Positions 7,708-17,231 of a stretch of 64,000 nt of DNA are shown here, one piece after another (position 1 is the stretch's first letter; each line of letters begins with the position of its first letter). The stretch comes from Colwellia sp. (GTDB taxonomy: Bacteria > Pseudomonadota > Gammaproteobacteria > Enterobacterales > Alteromonadaceae). The stretch spans positions 2,561-66,560 of the forward strand of contig JBAHZW010000061.1 in assembly GCA_037132835.1 (NCBI GenBank). Direction: 5' to 3'. The notes beneath the pieces were generated by a model. The model saw only the letters and a list, made by a program, of their open reading frames with translations, made no database searches and was not told the origin of the DNA. The translations under genes were made by a program, and so were the position numbers.

Positions 7708-10473
7708 TTAATTATTTGGCACTTCGGCAGCACTGACTAATTTTTGATACCAAAATGAAGCAGCCAAAATAAAGACACCAATACCCATAAACAAAATAAC
7801 CTTTTGCCACAGTAGCGCATTGCCAGCATCAATCAGGGCTAGTTTAATAATACCTAATAAAATCAAGCAAAAACTGTATTTAACCGTTGTTAAACGCCTA
7901 TCTTTCAGGAAGAGTATTAGTGCGCCATGTACTGCTAAGGCAGGGGCAATTAATAAGTCGAGTCGATACTCTATCAGAGAGTAGAATAGCGTCGCATAAG
8001 TTATCGCGATTATAGAATGGAAAAACAAATCACCATTAAGTTTTAGCAATTTACCCAAGCGGTTTTGTCCAAATTTAAGCTCTTTTTGATATAAAGCTGA
8101 TATTAAGAATATGCTTGGCACAAGTGCGTAAATAATACTTGAAGAAATGAGCAGCCATGAAGCAACAACTAATATCAAATTAACTGTAATAATGAAGAGT
8201 TCATTTCTTTTTAAATGTTTTGATAGGGAGAGAGCATTAAGCGCTGAAGCCCAATAAATCGCCGCAAAAACTACAGCGAATAGCAGGCTGTCGGTTTGAA
8301 AACCGATAAGATTTGGTAGCGCAAAACCGAGGGATAGTAATCCTGAACTACAAATAAACTGGTAAATAGCGGTCGAGTTTTTACGGTTTAAGAAATACGC
8401 TATGGCGTATAATCCGGTATAACCAAACAATGCAATAATACTCGTTAATAACGTTAACTGACCTATGACAATGACAAAAATAAAACTTGCTAAAGCAGTC
8501 AATAACTTAGTTTCTATAACGAGTAACGGGTGCTTTATTTTACGAGCGAAGAACAAGGCCAATAAAGGTGAAAGCCATAGCAGCATGAGTGAGGCTTCAT
8601 CAAAATGTCGGATAACTGAGGCAACCCAACAAAGAGGGATAATCAGATAAAAAAGGATCCGAGCCGCTTCTGCAAAAGACTTAATTGAACTATCAGGTTG
8701 ATATTTTCTATAAAAAGCTGACCATAACCAAAGTTGTAAAAAAGCAGATATTGTAGCAAGTTGTGCAAATAAGGGTAACGCCATAAATCGATAATCATTG
8801 ACTATCAATACACCTTGAGAGACATAAAAAAGTGGTACTAAAATAAGTGTAGCCGCCAATATTTCTATTGTTACCTGCTGACAGCTTCGGGCTCTAAATA
8901 ATAAGGCTAATTGTACTATGATGACGATAACCCCAGTCCAAACGCCTAACCAGATATTGGCGCTGCTAATAATTAAAACAGATAATAAAAGTGCTTCTAA
9001 CAACTGTAAGAAAGGTTTGATTTTTTGCTGTGTTAACGCATTAAAGACTTTGCTGTTATTGATGAGTCGCTGCCATACGGCAACGATTGCAATTATCATC
9101 ATTGACAACACCCAGCCATCAACAGTTTCCAATGCCGGTAATGGAAAGTAAATTGCTAATGCTGATAATGAGTATAAGAGTGCTATTGCTATTAGGATTT
9201 GCCCTTGAGTAATCGACGCTGAAATTTTATACTTTCGACCAATGGCAAGTAACAATATCCCCTCTATTGCCCATGCCATTCCCCAATAGGCCGTACCAAT
9301 AGCACTAATTATGGCTAACACAGCCCATGAAGCGGCCAGTAAAATTAAAAAAGGCGTTAGCTCCCGCTTAACTTGGTAAAAGAACATGGCTGCAGTAATG
9401 GCAATTATACTATTAAGCGAGAAAGTAACGCTTATTTGAGTCGTAAATATATCCGTTGCTTGCAAGAATATTAGAACACTAGAGCCGATGAGAATAGCAA
9501 GAAAAGCTAAGGTTTTATTGATTGGGTACTCTTCTTTAAGCAAAGAAAAAATCACGTAAGTGAAAAAGAGCAGGTAAAAGAGATTGATCAGCCAAGCTGA
9601 AATGAGGATGTTTTCAAATCCTATGAGCCATTCGAGAGAGACGAGGGTAAATGCTAGTGTTAAATGAGCTAACCATTGCCCTAGATGTCGATAAGCCAAA
9701 ATCAAACTGCTACAAACAACAAAAGCTAATGACAGTAAGTAGTAGAAGGGATCAATACTCAGGGTATTTGACAATATTGGCATTATAGCGATGCCGACGA
9801 TACCTAAAGCAGCAACAATTTTGGTGTCTAACCACTGCGCTATTGCATGGCACGTTAATGCAATAGTTAAGTATAAAATGAATACTGCAATATCAGGTAA
9901 AAGGTTATAAACACTGCCAGAAAAGTAAACCGTGCTATAAGAAAGTAATATGCCTAGTGTAACAATAGCAGAGGCAAACTCACCGAAACGCGTTTTTATT
10001 TTTAAGGCAATGCCTAATCCCATGACCAGAATTGCTGCAGTGCCTATTAATAGTGATTTGGAACCAGCGCCCAGTTGATCAATAAGCAGTTGCATTAAAT
10101 AGCCAAAACCAGCAAGAGTTAAACCTATTCCGACAATAGTTAGTATAAAAATACCAAGCATGCCTCTTTCTTTATATGACTGATAAATTTTTGTAACAGG
10201 AGAAACCCAGTCAAAGAAATAGGATAAAACCGTTTGAAAAAATAGGGTTATAATCGTTGGTTTATAGGGGAGCGGTGTTCTTCGTTGGTTAGTCGCGGTG
10301 CCTTTATGCTTGACAGGTGACGAGTTTTCTTTAATTTGATTACTATTTAGTTTTGGATGCTCAGTGGGTGCAAGTATGCTATTCAAACGGTTTTCAACAG
10401 CATCGACTCGTTCTCTGAACTGAAGTTTAAGAAGCAATAACTCTGCTTTTAATGCTTTTACTTCTTCTTTCAT
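7708..10473 (-). CDS. Large polytopic membrane protein (DUF2339-like)
   Basis: N-terminal coiled segment followed by roughly 25 hydrophobic segments and a KLALID...KVILFMGIG...SFWYQK C-terminus; ATG at 10473 with AGGA RBS. Confidence 0.65.
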   Translation of the reverse strand: MKEEVKALKAELLLLKLQFRERVDAVENRLNSILAPTEHPKLNSNQIKENSSPVKHKGTATNQRRTPLPYKPTIITLFFQTVLSYFFDWVSPVTKIYQSYKERGMLGIFILTIVGIGLTLAGFGYLMQLLIDQLGAGSKSLLIGTAAILVMGLGIALKIKTRFGEFASAIVTLGILLSYSTVYFSGSVYNLLPDIAVFILYLTIALTCHAIAQWLDTKIVAALGIVGIAIMPILSNTLSIDPFYYLLSLAFVVCSSLILAYRHLGQWLAHLTLAFTLVSLEWLIGFENILISAWLINLFYLLFFTYVIFSLLKEEYPINKTLAFLAILIGSSVLIFLQATDIFTTQISVTFSLNSIIAITAAMFFYQVKRELTPFLILLAASWAVLAIISAIGTAYWGMAWAIEGILLLAIGRKYKISASITQGQILIAIALLYSLSALAIYFPLPALETVDGWVLSMMIIAIVAVWQRLINNSKVFNALTQQKIKPFLQLLEALLLSVLIISSANIWLGVWTGVIVIIVQLALLFRARSCQQVTIEILAATLILVPLFYVSQGVLIVNDYRFMALPLFAQLATISAFLQLWLWSAFYRKYQPDSSIKSFAEAARILFYLIIPLCWVASVIRHFDEASLMLLWLSPLLALFFARKIKHPLLVIETKLLTALASFIFVIVIGQLTLLTSIIALFGYTGLYAIAYFLNRKNSTAIYQFICSSGLLSLGFALPNLIGFQTDSLLFAVVFAAIYWASALNALSLSKHLKRNELFIITVNLILVVASWLLISSSIIYALVPSIFLISALYQKELKFGQNRLGKLLKLNGDLFFHSIIAITYATLFYSLIEYRLDLLIAPALAVHGALILFLKDRRLTTVKYSFCLILLGIIKLALIDAGNALLWQKVILFMGIGVFILAASFWYQKLVSAAEVPNN

Positions 10474-10812
10474 TAAATGTCCTGAAGTTTTCTCATTAAT
10501 TAACAATATATTACCTTTTATCGATGAATTAAAGGTTATTCTTGCACAAGTATTATTAAACCTCTTTATCTAAGTTATAACTCACTTGTACCTGTTAAAA
10601 TATTGCATACCCGCGTTATGCTCAATGCTAATTAGCAAGCCACGTCAACTTAGAACGGTTCTATAATTGTTCAGGAAATTGGCTTAGGTTATCGGCTGAA
10701 AGGCATAGCCACTCAAGGTTATGTGCTTGTGCTAAGATTTTAAAAAATTGAGCAATAATGTAATGTAATGTAATGCAATGGGACTATGGTGTACATCAAA
10801 AATAGGATCGGT

Positions 10813-11112
10813 TTACTGTGGTTGATATTTAGGGTGTAACGCTAAATAATCACACCAGATACTAAAGCTTGTGTGATTAAAGCGAGTATCGGTTGCGGTA
10901 TACCACATTGAATTTTCCATCGCGTTTAAATAAAATAATAATTTATGACCATCAATTGCGACATAGCAAATTAAACGTTCCGCCGTATCATTACTTACTT
11001 GTACTTGTGCAAAACCATTAATATCCTGATGCTTAATATTTATTTTAGGCATGGCTAGCGCACTTGCCGTAAGAAATAACAGGATAAAAAAAAGAATACA
11101 TTTAATTGGCAT
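10813..11112 (-). CDS. Small secreted hypothetical protein
   Basis: 99 aa, signal peptide ending ALA, two Cys in the mature part. Confidence 0.65.
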   Translation of the reverse strand: MPIKCILFFILLFLTASALAMPKINIKHQDINGFAQVQVSNDTAERLICYVAIDGHKLLFYLNAMENSMWYTATDTRFNHTSFSIWCDYLALHPKYQPQ

Positions 11113-11267
11113 AAGTATTTTTTAGTTGATTTATAAAATAATATTAAGTTTAGCATTGAAAGCCCAATATGTGTCTCCATAACTTATAACAACGCAGTAA
11201 TTTCTTCGCAGATAAATTACAACATTATACAATATGCCCTAGAGAGGCAACGACAAGAGATATAATC

Positions 11268-12041
11268 ATGGCTAACTTTGTACCCGTAAAAAAAGAAAAT
11301 CATCAGAATATTAAAATTTCGACTAAACGTGGTCTAGATCATGTTGCTGGACAACATATTATTTCAGTAACGGCGGCTGAATATTCTCATGCTGCAGCAA
11401 GCTTCCCCATTGTCTTCGTCAAAGGATCAGAACAAGCACGCTACCGTAGTGTTGCTATGTTAGGGCTTGAAGCCGGTGAAAACTTATTTTATAAAGACAA
11501 AATTTGGAGTGGTTTATCACTACCGCAAAGTATTGGCATGGTGCCATTTTCTTTAGGTTTAGACCCTGATAAAGAAAACACCTTAACAGCTTGCATTGAT
11601 CTTGATAGTGAGTTTGTGGGTGAAGATAAAGAGTTAGCTTTATTTGAAAAAGACGGTAAAGAATCTGAACTGTTAACGAATGTTCAGAATTCTCTTGGCC
11701 GTTTTTATGAAAATGAAAAAAGAACAGAAAACTTGATTAAGGAATTATCAGACAATGATTTATTGCAAGAGCTTGAACTAAATATCGACTTTAGCAGTGG
11801 TGAAAAGAAAAAGCTTACGGGCATATTTACTGTTAATGAAGAGAAATTAAAAAAATTATCTGATGATAAAGTTTTAGACTTTCATAAGCGCGGCATATTC
11901 GTACCCATTTATTCAATGTTAAGTTCTCTTGCGCAAATAAACCGCTTAGTACAGTTGCGTAACGATACCGGTAATGCTCAAATTAAAACTATTCAAGTTG
12001 TGCCGGTAACTAAAGAAAAAAAAGAAGCCGAAAAAAAGTAG
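11268..12041 (+). CDS. SapC-family protein
   Basis: EY..A...FPIVF, AMLGLEAGENLF, PFSL, GIFTVNEEKL..L.D and SL.QI..L pattern. Confidence 0.8.
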   Translation: MANFVPVKKENHQNIKISTKRGLDHVAGQHIISVTAAEYSHAAASFPIVFVKGSEQARYRSVAMLGLEAGENLFYKDKIWSGLSLPQSIGMVPFSLGLDPDKENTLTACIDLDSEFVGEDKELALFEKDGKESELLTNVQNSLGRFYENEKRTENLIKELSDNDLLQELELNIDFSSGEKKKLTGIFTVNEEKLKKLSDDKVLDFHKRGIFVPIYSMLSSLAQINRLVQLRNDTGNAQIKTIQVVPVTKEKKEAEKK

Positions 12042-12097
12042 CAGCGAGTTAGTTTGCTTAAATAGTCGTCGGTTGAAGGCGGCTAACAAGATATAAA

Positions 12098-12121
12098 AAA
12101 AAGGGGCTTTTGCCCCTTTTT
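12098..12121. terminator. Intrinsic terminator after sapC-like gene
   Basis: AAAAAGGGGC-TTTT-GCCCCTTTTT. Confidence 0.85.
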
Positions 12122-12193
12122 GCACTTTATTTAAAAATAAAGCACTTTTTAATATTCCTGTAGTGGTGCACCTGTGCTAATTTAGAGTAATTA

Positions 12194-13393
12194 ATGTACT
12201 GCAATGGCGATGAAATGATCGATAATAATAAGCTCTCTAGGGAAGTAGAAGAGCAGATACAGAGTTTAGCAAGTGATGTTTATATGCAAGTGGAAGAAAA
12301 ATTAACGTACTTAATCACTCAAGAAATTAAAGCGGAAATGAGTGAGAGTCGCGTGCAGCAGAGCAAAAGCTTATCCGAAAAAGAGCAAGTATTACAGGAG
12401 GATTTTGCCAAACAACAGCTAAGACAAGAAAACGAAATTAAACAACTTAAACAAGCATTAGCAGAAAAAGAAGTCGATGAAGAAACCGCTAAACAGAATT
12501 TTCAAGTTGAAATCACTCAACAGACCATTAATTATAATGAGACTATTGAAGCATTAGAAAAAAAGCTTAGCAACTTGGAGCAGATAACCTCAAACAAAAA
12601 TAATGAAAAGCACAGTAATGAGCAAAAATTAGCAGAGAGCTTGTTGGCGGTTGAGCAACAACTGAATGACAAAAGTAATGAGGTTGACGGCTTAAATAGT
12701 CGTATCATGGTACTAACAGAGCAAGAGCAGAGTTTAACTAAGCAACTTGTAGCGGCCAATGAAAATACTCAGTTAAGTCAAAGGCAGCAAAATGAAGCGA
12801 TGATAGCAGTCAAAGCGCAAGCCGAAGCTCAGCAAGGTAATGTGAGTAAAATTGCAGAATTTGAGCAGAAAGTACCTCAGTTAAAAGAGCAGTTTGCTAT
12901 TGAGAAACAGCAACTCATTGATCAGATAAAATCAATGAGAGAGGGTATTGAGCAGCTAGAACAACAATACCTAGACGAAATAAAAATGCTTAATGAGGCA
13001 GGTGAGCAAGCAAAAATATTGCAAGTAAGCGCGCAACAAGCAATTATCGAATTAGAGAAAACTAAAGAGCAACTTCATCATAAAATTGAAACTGAACAAA
13101 AGGATGTGAAATTATATCAGCAACAAGTTACTGAGCTTACCGAGCAAGTAAAAGTTGCTCAGGAAGAGCAAGATAACATCCTACAACGTCTAAATAATAC
13201 TCGTGACAAGCAAGAAATAGAAAACAATAAAGTGAGAGAAACCATTAAATTCTTGCGTGATGAAAACCATCAGTTAATCAATGAAACTACGGATCAAAAA
13301 GCTGATTATATTGAGCAATTAAATGTGATTGAGCATAAGTTAACCGAATACCGTTTGAAATTTGAATATGCTCAAAAGCAATTAGCTAACTAA
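12194..13393 (+). CDS. Long coiled-coil hypothetical protein
   Basis: 399 aa, E/Q/K-rich heptad pattern; start could be the ATG at 12215. Confidence 0.75.
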   Translation: MYCNGDEMIDNNKLSREVEEQIQSLASDVYMQVEEKLTYLITQEIKAEMSESRVQQSKSLSEKEQVLQEDFAKQQLRQENEIKQLKQALAEKEVDEETAKQNFQVEITQQTINYNETIEALEKKLSNLEQITSNKNNEKHSNEQKLAESLLAVEQQLNDKSNEVDGLNSRIMVLTEQEQSLTKQLVAANENTQLSQRQQNEAMIAVKAQAEAQQGNVSKIAEFEQKVPQLKEQFAIEKQQLIDQIKSMREGIEQLEQQYLDEIKMLNEAGEQAKILQVSAQQAIIELEKTKEQLHHKIETEQKDVKLYQQQVTELTEQVKVAQEEQDNILQRLNNTRDKQEIENNKVRETIKFLRDENHQLINETTDQKADYIEQLNVIEHKLTEYRLKFEYAQKQLAN

Positions 13394-13418
13394 CAGTTTT
13401 GGACTTTATACGTGATAG

Positions 13419-13456
13419 CCAAGCTTATTCGCATTTTGCATAAGCTTGGGTATAAT
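13419..13456 (+). promoter_or_regulatory. Putative sigma70 promoter overlapped by a 10-bp inverted repeat
   Basis: TTCGCA-17 bp-TATAAT; CCAAGCTTAT-N11-ATAAGCTTGG. Confidence 0.45.
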
Positions 13457-13489
13457 TGAGCTAATTATCGTAACTGAGTAACTATCTAA

Positions 13490-14134
13490 GTGGTACTTCA
13501 TCTCCCTTTTGTTAAGTTAAGTCATTGGCAGAAAATAGCCTTCTCCGCCGCACTCCTTGAGCGCATGTTACCCAATTATCAAATGTTTAGTGAAGCGACT
13601 AATTTTGGTGACGCTAAAGTTTTACGCAACCAGCTTGATATTATTTGGCAGTGGCTTGCCAATCGTAATACGGTAAAAATTAATATTGATGCGCAGCTAC
13701 TGAAATTAGAAGCTGAAACACCTGATCCTGAAGCGTTTGACTCTTTTGGCGTTTTTCTGGCACTTGATACTTGCATGGCGCTAACGGCTTTGTGGCAAAT
13801 AATGCAAAGCAAAGCCCCGAAAAAAAATAAAATAACGGAAGTCGATTTAGAGGATATCAAAAGTATTAGTCGCCTTTCATATAATAGCGTTAGTTATTAT
13901 GTCGAATTACTCTTACTTGAAGAAGTTGAGGAAGTGGAGCAGGTTAACTCAGAGGCGTTTTATATCACGGAAGAACAAATAAATGCGCATCCACTAGTGC
14001 AGTGGGAAAAAGACACCCAAAATGAGCTATTCGACTTTCTAAAATTTGCAGCTGAAGATAAACGAACTTGTCAACTCGCTAAAAAAATGAGTTTGTCGGA
14101 AGGTTTATCTAATTTAGGGATAGAGATCCTTTAG
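13490..14134 (+). CDS. yjaG: YjaG/DUF416-family protein
   Basis: WQKIAF.AALLERMLPNY..F, L.KLE..TPDP..FDSFGV..ALD motifs. Confidence 0.8.
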   Translation: MVLHLPFVKLSHWQKIAFSAALLERMLPNYQMFSEATNFGDAKVLRNQLDIIWQWLANRNTVKINIDAQLLKLEAETPDPEAFDSFGVFLALDTCMALTALWQIMQSKAPKKNKITEVDLEDIKSISRLSYNSVSYYVELLLLEEVEEVEQVNSEAFYITEEQINAHPLVQWEKDTQNELFDFLKFAAEDKRTCQLAKKMSLSEGLSNLGIEIL

Positions 14135-14221
14135 TGCTCAATGGTGACGTTTACCAAATTAAAATTCTAAAATTGAAAAAGATAATTACCTTAACAGTTA
14201 AGCCTTAATACAGGAAACCCT

Positions 14222-15814
14222 ATGATAATGTTCCGTGGAGTATTGTTTTCCATTACTTTGATTTGTTCATCCATTACTGCGATACAAGCAAGTACTATTG
14301 ATGATAAAAACACAAAAATTGAACTCGCCATTGCTCAAGTTATGCGTACTTTTCAAGTACCCGGCGTAGCGGTTGCCATTGTTAAAGATAACAAGGTGGT
14401 GATGAGTAAAGGTTTCGGTGTTATAAAGTATGGTAACTCAGAGAAAGTAACACCAGATACTTTATTTGGTATTGCTTCAAATACAAAGGCGATGACAGTG
14501 GCTTTGTTAGCGAGTTTGGTGGATGAAGGTAAGTTAACTTGGCAAACTAAAGTTATCGATATCATTCCAGAATTTCAAATGCCAAACCCTTACGTGACCC
14601 GTGAATTTACTATCAGTGACTTGTTAGCCCATAATTCAGGGTTAGGGCTTGGTGCGGGTGATTTAATGATATGGCCGCATACGAGTTTGACTAATGCCGA
14701 TATTATTAAGGGATTAAAATATTTGCCTGAAGCATCGAGCTTTCGCAGTGAGTTCGCCTACGATAATTTAATGTATATTATTGCGGGTGAGGTGATCTCT
14801 CGTGTGGTTGGGCAGTCTTGGCGTGAGGTGATTCAAACTCGTATTTTCACGCCACTGGGTATGAATAACACGCGCTCAGCGTATTCTCTTATTGAAAAAA
14901 ACAATGACAATGTTTCGAGCGCGCATGTACCCCTTACCGGTGAATTACATGTTGTCGGAAGTGATTTTTTAGAGAAATTTTCATCGGCGGGATCTGTTGC
15001 CTCAAGCGTAAATGATATGAGCTTATGGTTACTCGCACTGTTAAATGAGGGCGAGTATGAGAAAGGCGTTAATAGCACAGGTGCACGTCTCTTTTCGGCT
15101 AAACAGAGTCGCGTTATGTGGCAAGCCAAAACTTTATTAGCGGTTTCTGAAGAAGCGACTCAACAGGATAAAACTCATTTTTCTGCCTATGGCTTGGGAT
15201 GGTTTATGAAGGACTATCAAGGTGTAAAGTTAATTCACCACGGTGGTGGAATTTTAGGTATGGTCTCAAAAGTGGCGTTAGTACCAGAAGAAGATCTTGC
15301 TTTGGTGATTTTAACTAATCAGCAGTCAGGCTATGCTTTAAATGCTATTTATCTGCAAATATTGAATGAATACCTTGAGTTACCTGAAAAAGATTGGCTT
15401 ACGTATTATCATGAAAAACAGCAAAAAAGTATTAGCAAAGAGAAAAATCGTTTAGCGAAAATCACGGCGACAGTTAATAAAAATGCTTCACACTCTCTCG
15501 CGCTACGTGATTATGCTCAAACATATGTTGATAATTGGTATGGTGAAATTTATATTACTTATAAAAACAATCAGCTGCATATGCAATTTAGTAATACTGA
15601 GGCATTAAAGGGCACCTTGGAACACTACCAACATAATACCTTTATTGTCCGTTGGCATGATAAAACGCTTGAAGCGGATGCCTTTGTTAATTTTAATTTA
15701 AAAGAAGACGGTGCGATTAATTACGTGACCATGAAGGCGGTATCAAAGGCAACGGATTTTAGTTTTGATTTTCATGACTTAACATTACAGCCTACCAAAG
15801 AAGCAAAAGAATAA
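14222..15814 (+). CDS. Secreted serine hydrolase, beta-lactamase/penicillin-binding fold with DUF3471-like C-terminus
   Basis: Signal peptide; F.IASNTK (SxxK), YDN (YxN), HGGG; YxDxWYG C-terminal domain. Confidence 0.85.
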   Translation: MIMFRGVLFSITLICSSITAIQASTIDDKNTKIELAIAQVMRTFQVPGVAVAIVKDNKVVMSKGFGVIKYGNSEKVTPDTLFGIASNTKAMTVALLASLVDEGKLTWQTKVIDIIPEFQMPNPYVTREFTISDLLAHNSGLGLGAGDLMIWPHTSLTNADIIKGLKYLPEASSFRSEFAYDNLMYIIAGEVISRVVGQSWREVIQTRIFTPLGMNNTRSAYSLIEKNNDNVSSAHVPLTGELHVVGSDFLEKFSSAGSVASSVNDMSLWLLALLNEGEYEKGVNSTGARLFSAKQSRVMWQAKTLLAVSEEATQQDKTHFSAYGLGWFMKDYQGVKLIHHGGGILGMVSKVALVPEEDLALVILTNQQSGYALNAIYLQILNEYLELPEKDWLTYYHEKQQKSISKEKNRLAKITATVNKNASHSLALRDYAQTYVDNWYGEIYITYKNNQLHMQFSNTEALKGTLEHYQHNTFIVRWHDKTLEADAFVNFNLKEDGAINYVTMKAVSKATDFSFDFHDLTLQPTKEAKE

Positions 15815-15821
15815 AAGCGCA

Positions 15822-16397
15822 TTAACGCAGGTATTGTGTTTTCGCCTGTCGTTTATGGATAACATTATTAATATCGAGTCGCTTATATTCCGCCGATTTC
15901 TTAACGCTAGCGCCTTCATGGTTTAATAGCCATAATTTACGTTCAATGCCGCCGGCATAGCCTGTTAATGAACCGTCAGCACCTATAACTCGATGACAAG
16001 GAACTATTAGCGTAATAGGGTTTCTGCTGTTTGCTCCGCCAACGGCTTGCGAGGCTTTGGGTTTATTCAGTTGTTTGGCTATATCACCGTAGGATTTTAC
16101 TGTACCAAAAGGTATTGCGCTTAAACAGCGCCAAACGGTTTGTTGAAATGGCGTACCTTGAGGGGCTAATGGAAGGGTAAAAGCCTGACGTTTTCCGGTA
16201 AAGTACTCGGCTAATTGCTGCTGACAAAGTGCCGTAATATCATTCCCCTTATTCTTGTGAATCGTGTTTTCTTTTTGACCGCCAGAAAGCTTATCACCGC
16301 AAACCTGATCACCGCAAAATATAGCTTGGCAAATGCCTTGCTCGGTGGCCATAATCTCAAATAAGCCGAGTGGTGTATCGAAATAGTCGATAAACAT
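15822..16397 (-). CDS. ogt: Methylated-DNA--protein-cysteine methyltransferase
   Basis: GTPFQ..VW, SYGDIA, AVGGAN, PCHRV active site; ATG at 16397 with AGAGGA RBS. Confidence 0.92.
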   Translation of the reverse strand: MFIDYFDTPLGLFEIMATEQGICQAIFCGDQVCGDKLSGGQKENTIHKNKGNDITALCQQQLAEYFTGKRQAFTLPLAPQGTPFQQTVWRCLSAIPFGTVKSYGDIAKQLNKPKASQAVGGANSRNPITLIVPCHRVIGADGSLTGYAGGIERKLWLLNHEGASVKKSAEYKRLDINNVIHKRQAKTQYLR

Positions 16398-16425
16398 ATT
16401 CATTTCCTCTATAGAAATAATCAGC

Positions 16426-17064
16426 TTAGCTTTGATATTGATAGAGTTGATAAACAACCTGACCAGCAACTTTTTCTTTTAGTAATTGCCAATTTTCGGG
16501 TAGAAGCTGTTTGCTTTCTACCTCCATCTCTACATAAATAAGTGCCTGCTCAGCCAAACCTCGGTGATTCAATAATTGTGCGGTTTGTGCCACTAAGTTT
16601 TTCCTAAAAGGGGGGTCGAGAAAAACCAAATCAAAAGGTTGTTGTGCGTTTGCTGTTAATGCGGGTGCAAGGGAGCCTTCTTTTAGAAAGGCAAGGGCGT
16701 CACTATTAACAACCGTAAGGTTGTCTGCTTTGAGTAATGCTTTGTTCGCTAATAATTGTTTCGCGGCGGCTTTATTTAATTCAACCAAGGTTACTTGAGC
16801 AGCGCCACGTGATAATGCCTCAAACCCCAACCCACCAGAGCCAGCAAAACAGTCTAAGCAATTAGCTTGATTAATATAAGGCATGAGCCAGTTAAAAACG
16901 GTCTCTTTAACTCTGTCGGTAGTGGGTCTTAATCCCTCCGCTAATATAACCGGGAGTTTTCTACCGCGATGTTTGCCGGCAATGATACGAATTTGCCCCG
17001 TACTTTTTCTAGGAGGTTTATCGGCACCTTTTCCGGAAAAGGATTTTTTATTTGCTTGTTTCAT
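16426..17064 (-). CDS. rsmD: 16S rRNA m2G966 methyltransferase
   Basis: RIIAGK.RGRKL, LRPTTDRVKETVFNWL, DCFAGSG, DPPF; divergent from ftsY. Confidence 0.95.
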   Translation of the reverse strand: MKQANKKSFSGKGADKPPRKSTGQIRIIAGKHRGRKLPVILAEGLRPTTDRVKETVFNWLMPYINQANCLDCFAGSGGLGFEALSRGAAQVTLVELNKAAAKQLLANKALLKADNLTVVNSDALAFLKEGSLAPALTANAQQPFDLVFLDPPFRKNLVAQTAQLLNHRGLAEQALIYVEMEVESKQLLPENWQLLKEKVAGQVVYQLYQYQS

Positions 17065-17154
17065 ATCACTGACAATTTTTTTATTAAGTGCTAATATAAC
17101 GACAATTTTATCCTTGTTTGCTTCTTATACCAAGTAGATTAATTAATTGAGCGT

Positions 17155-17183
17155 TAAGTTGCACAATAAATTAGTGCAACTTA
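17155..17183. promoter_or_regulatory. Perfect 10-bp inverted repeat in the rsmD/ftsY divergent region
   Basis: TAAGTTGCAC-N9-GTGCAACTTA. Confidence 0.45.
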
Positions 17184-17231
17184 GTAATAAGTTAAACAAA
17201 TTCATTATGAAATATAGTTAGGTAGCAAAAA

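Noticed and set aside
14222-15814. Antibiotic-resistance beta-lactamase
   Set aside because: 530 aa with a DUF3471-like tail fits general serine hydrolases/peptidases; no mobile context
16291-16318. Short duplication in ogt (CGDQV/CGDKL)
   Set aside because: In-frame slippage in a variable loop; no sign of function
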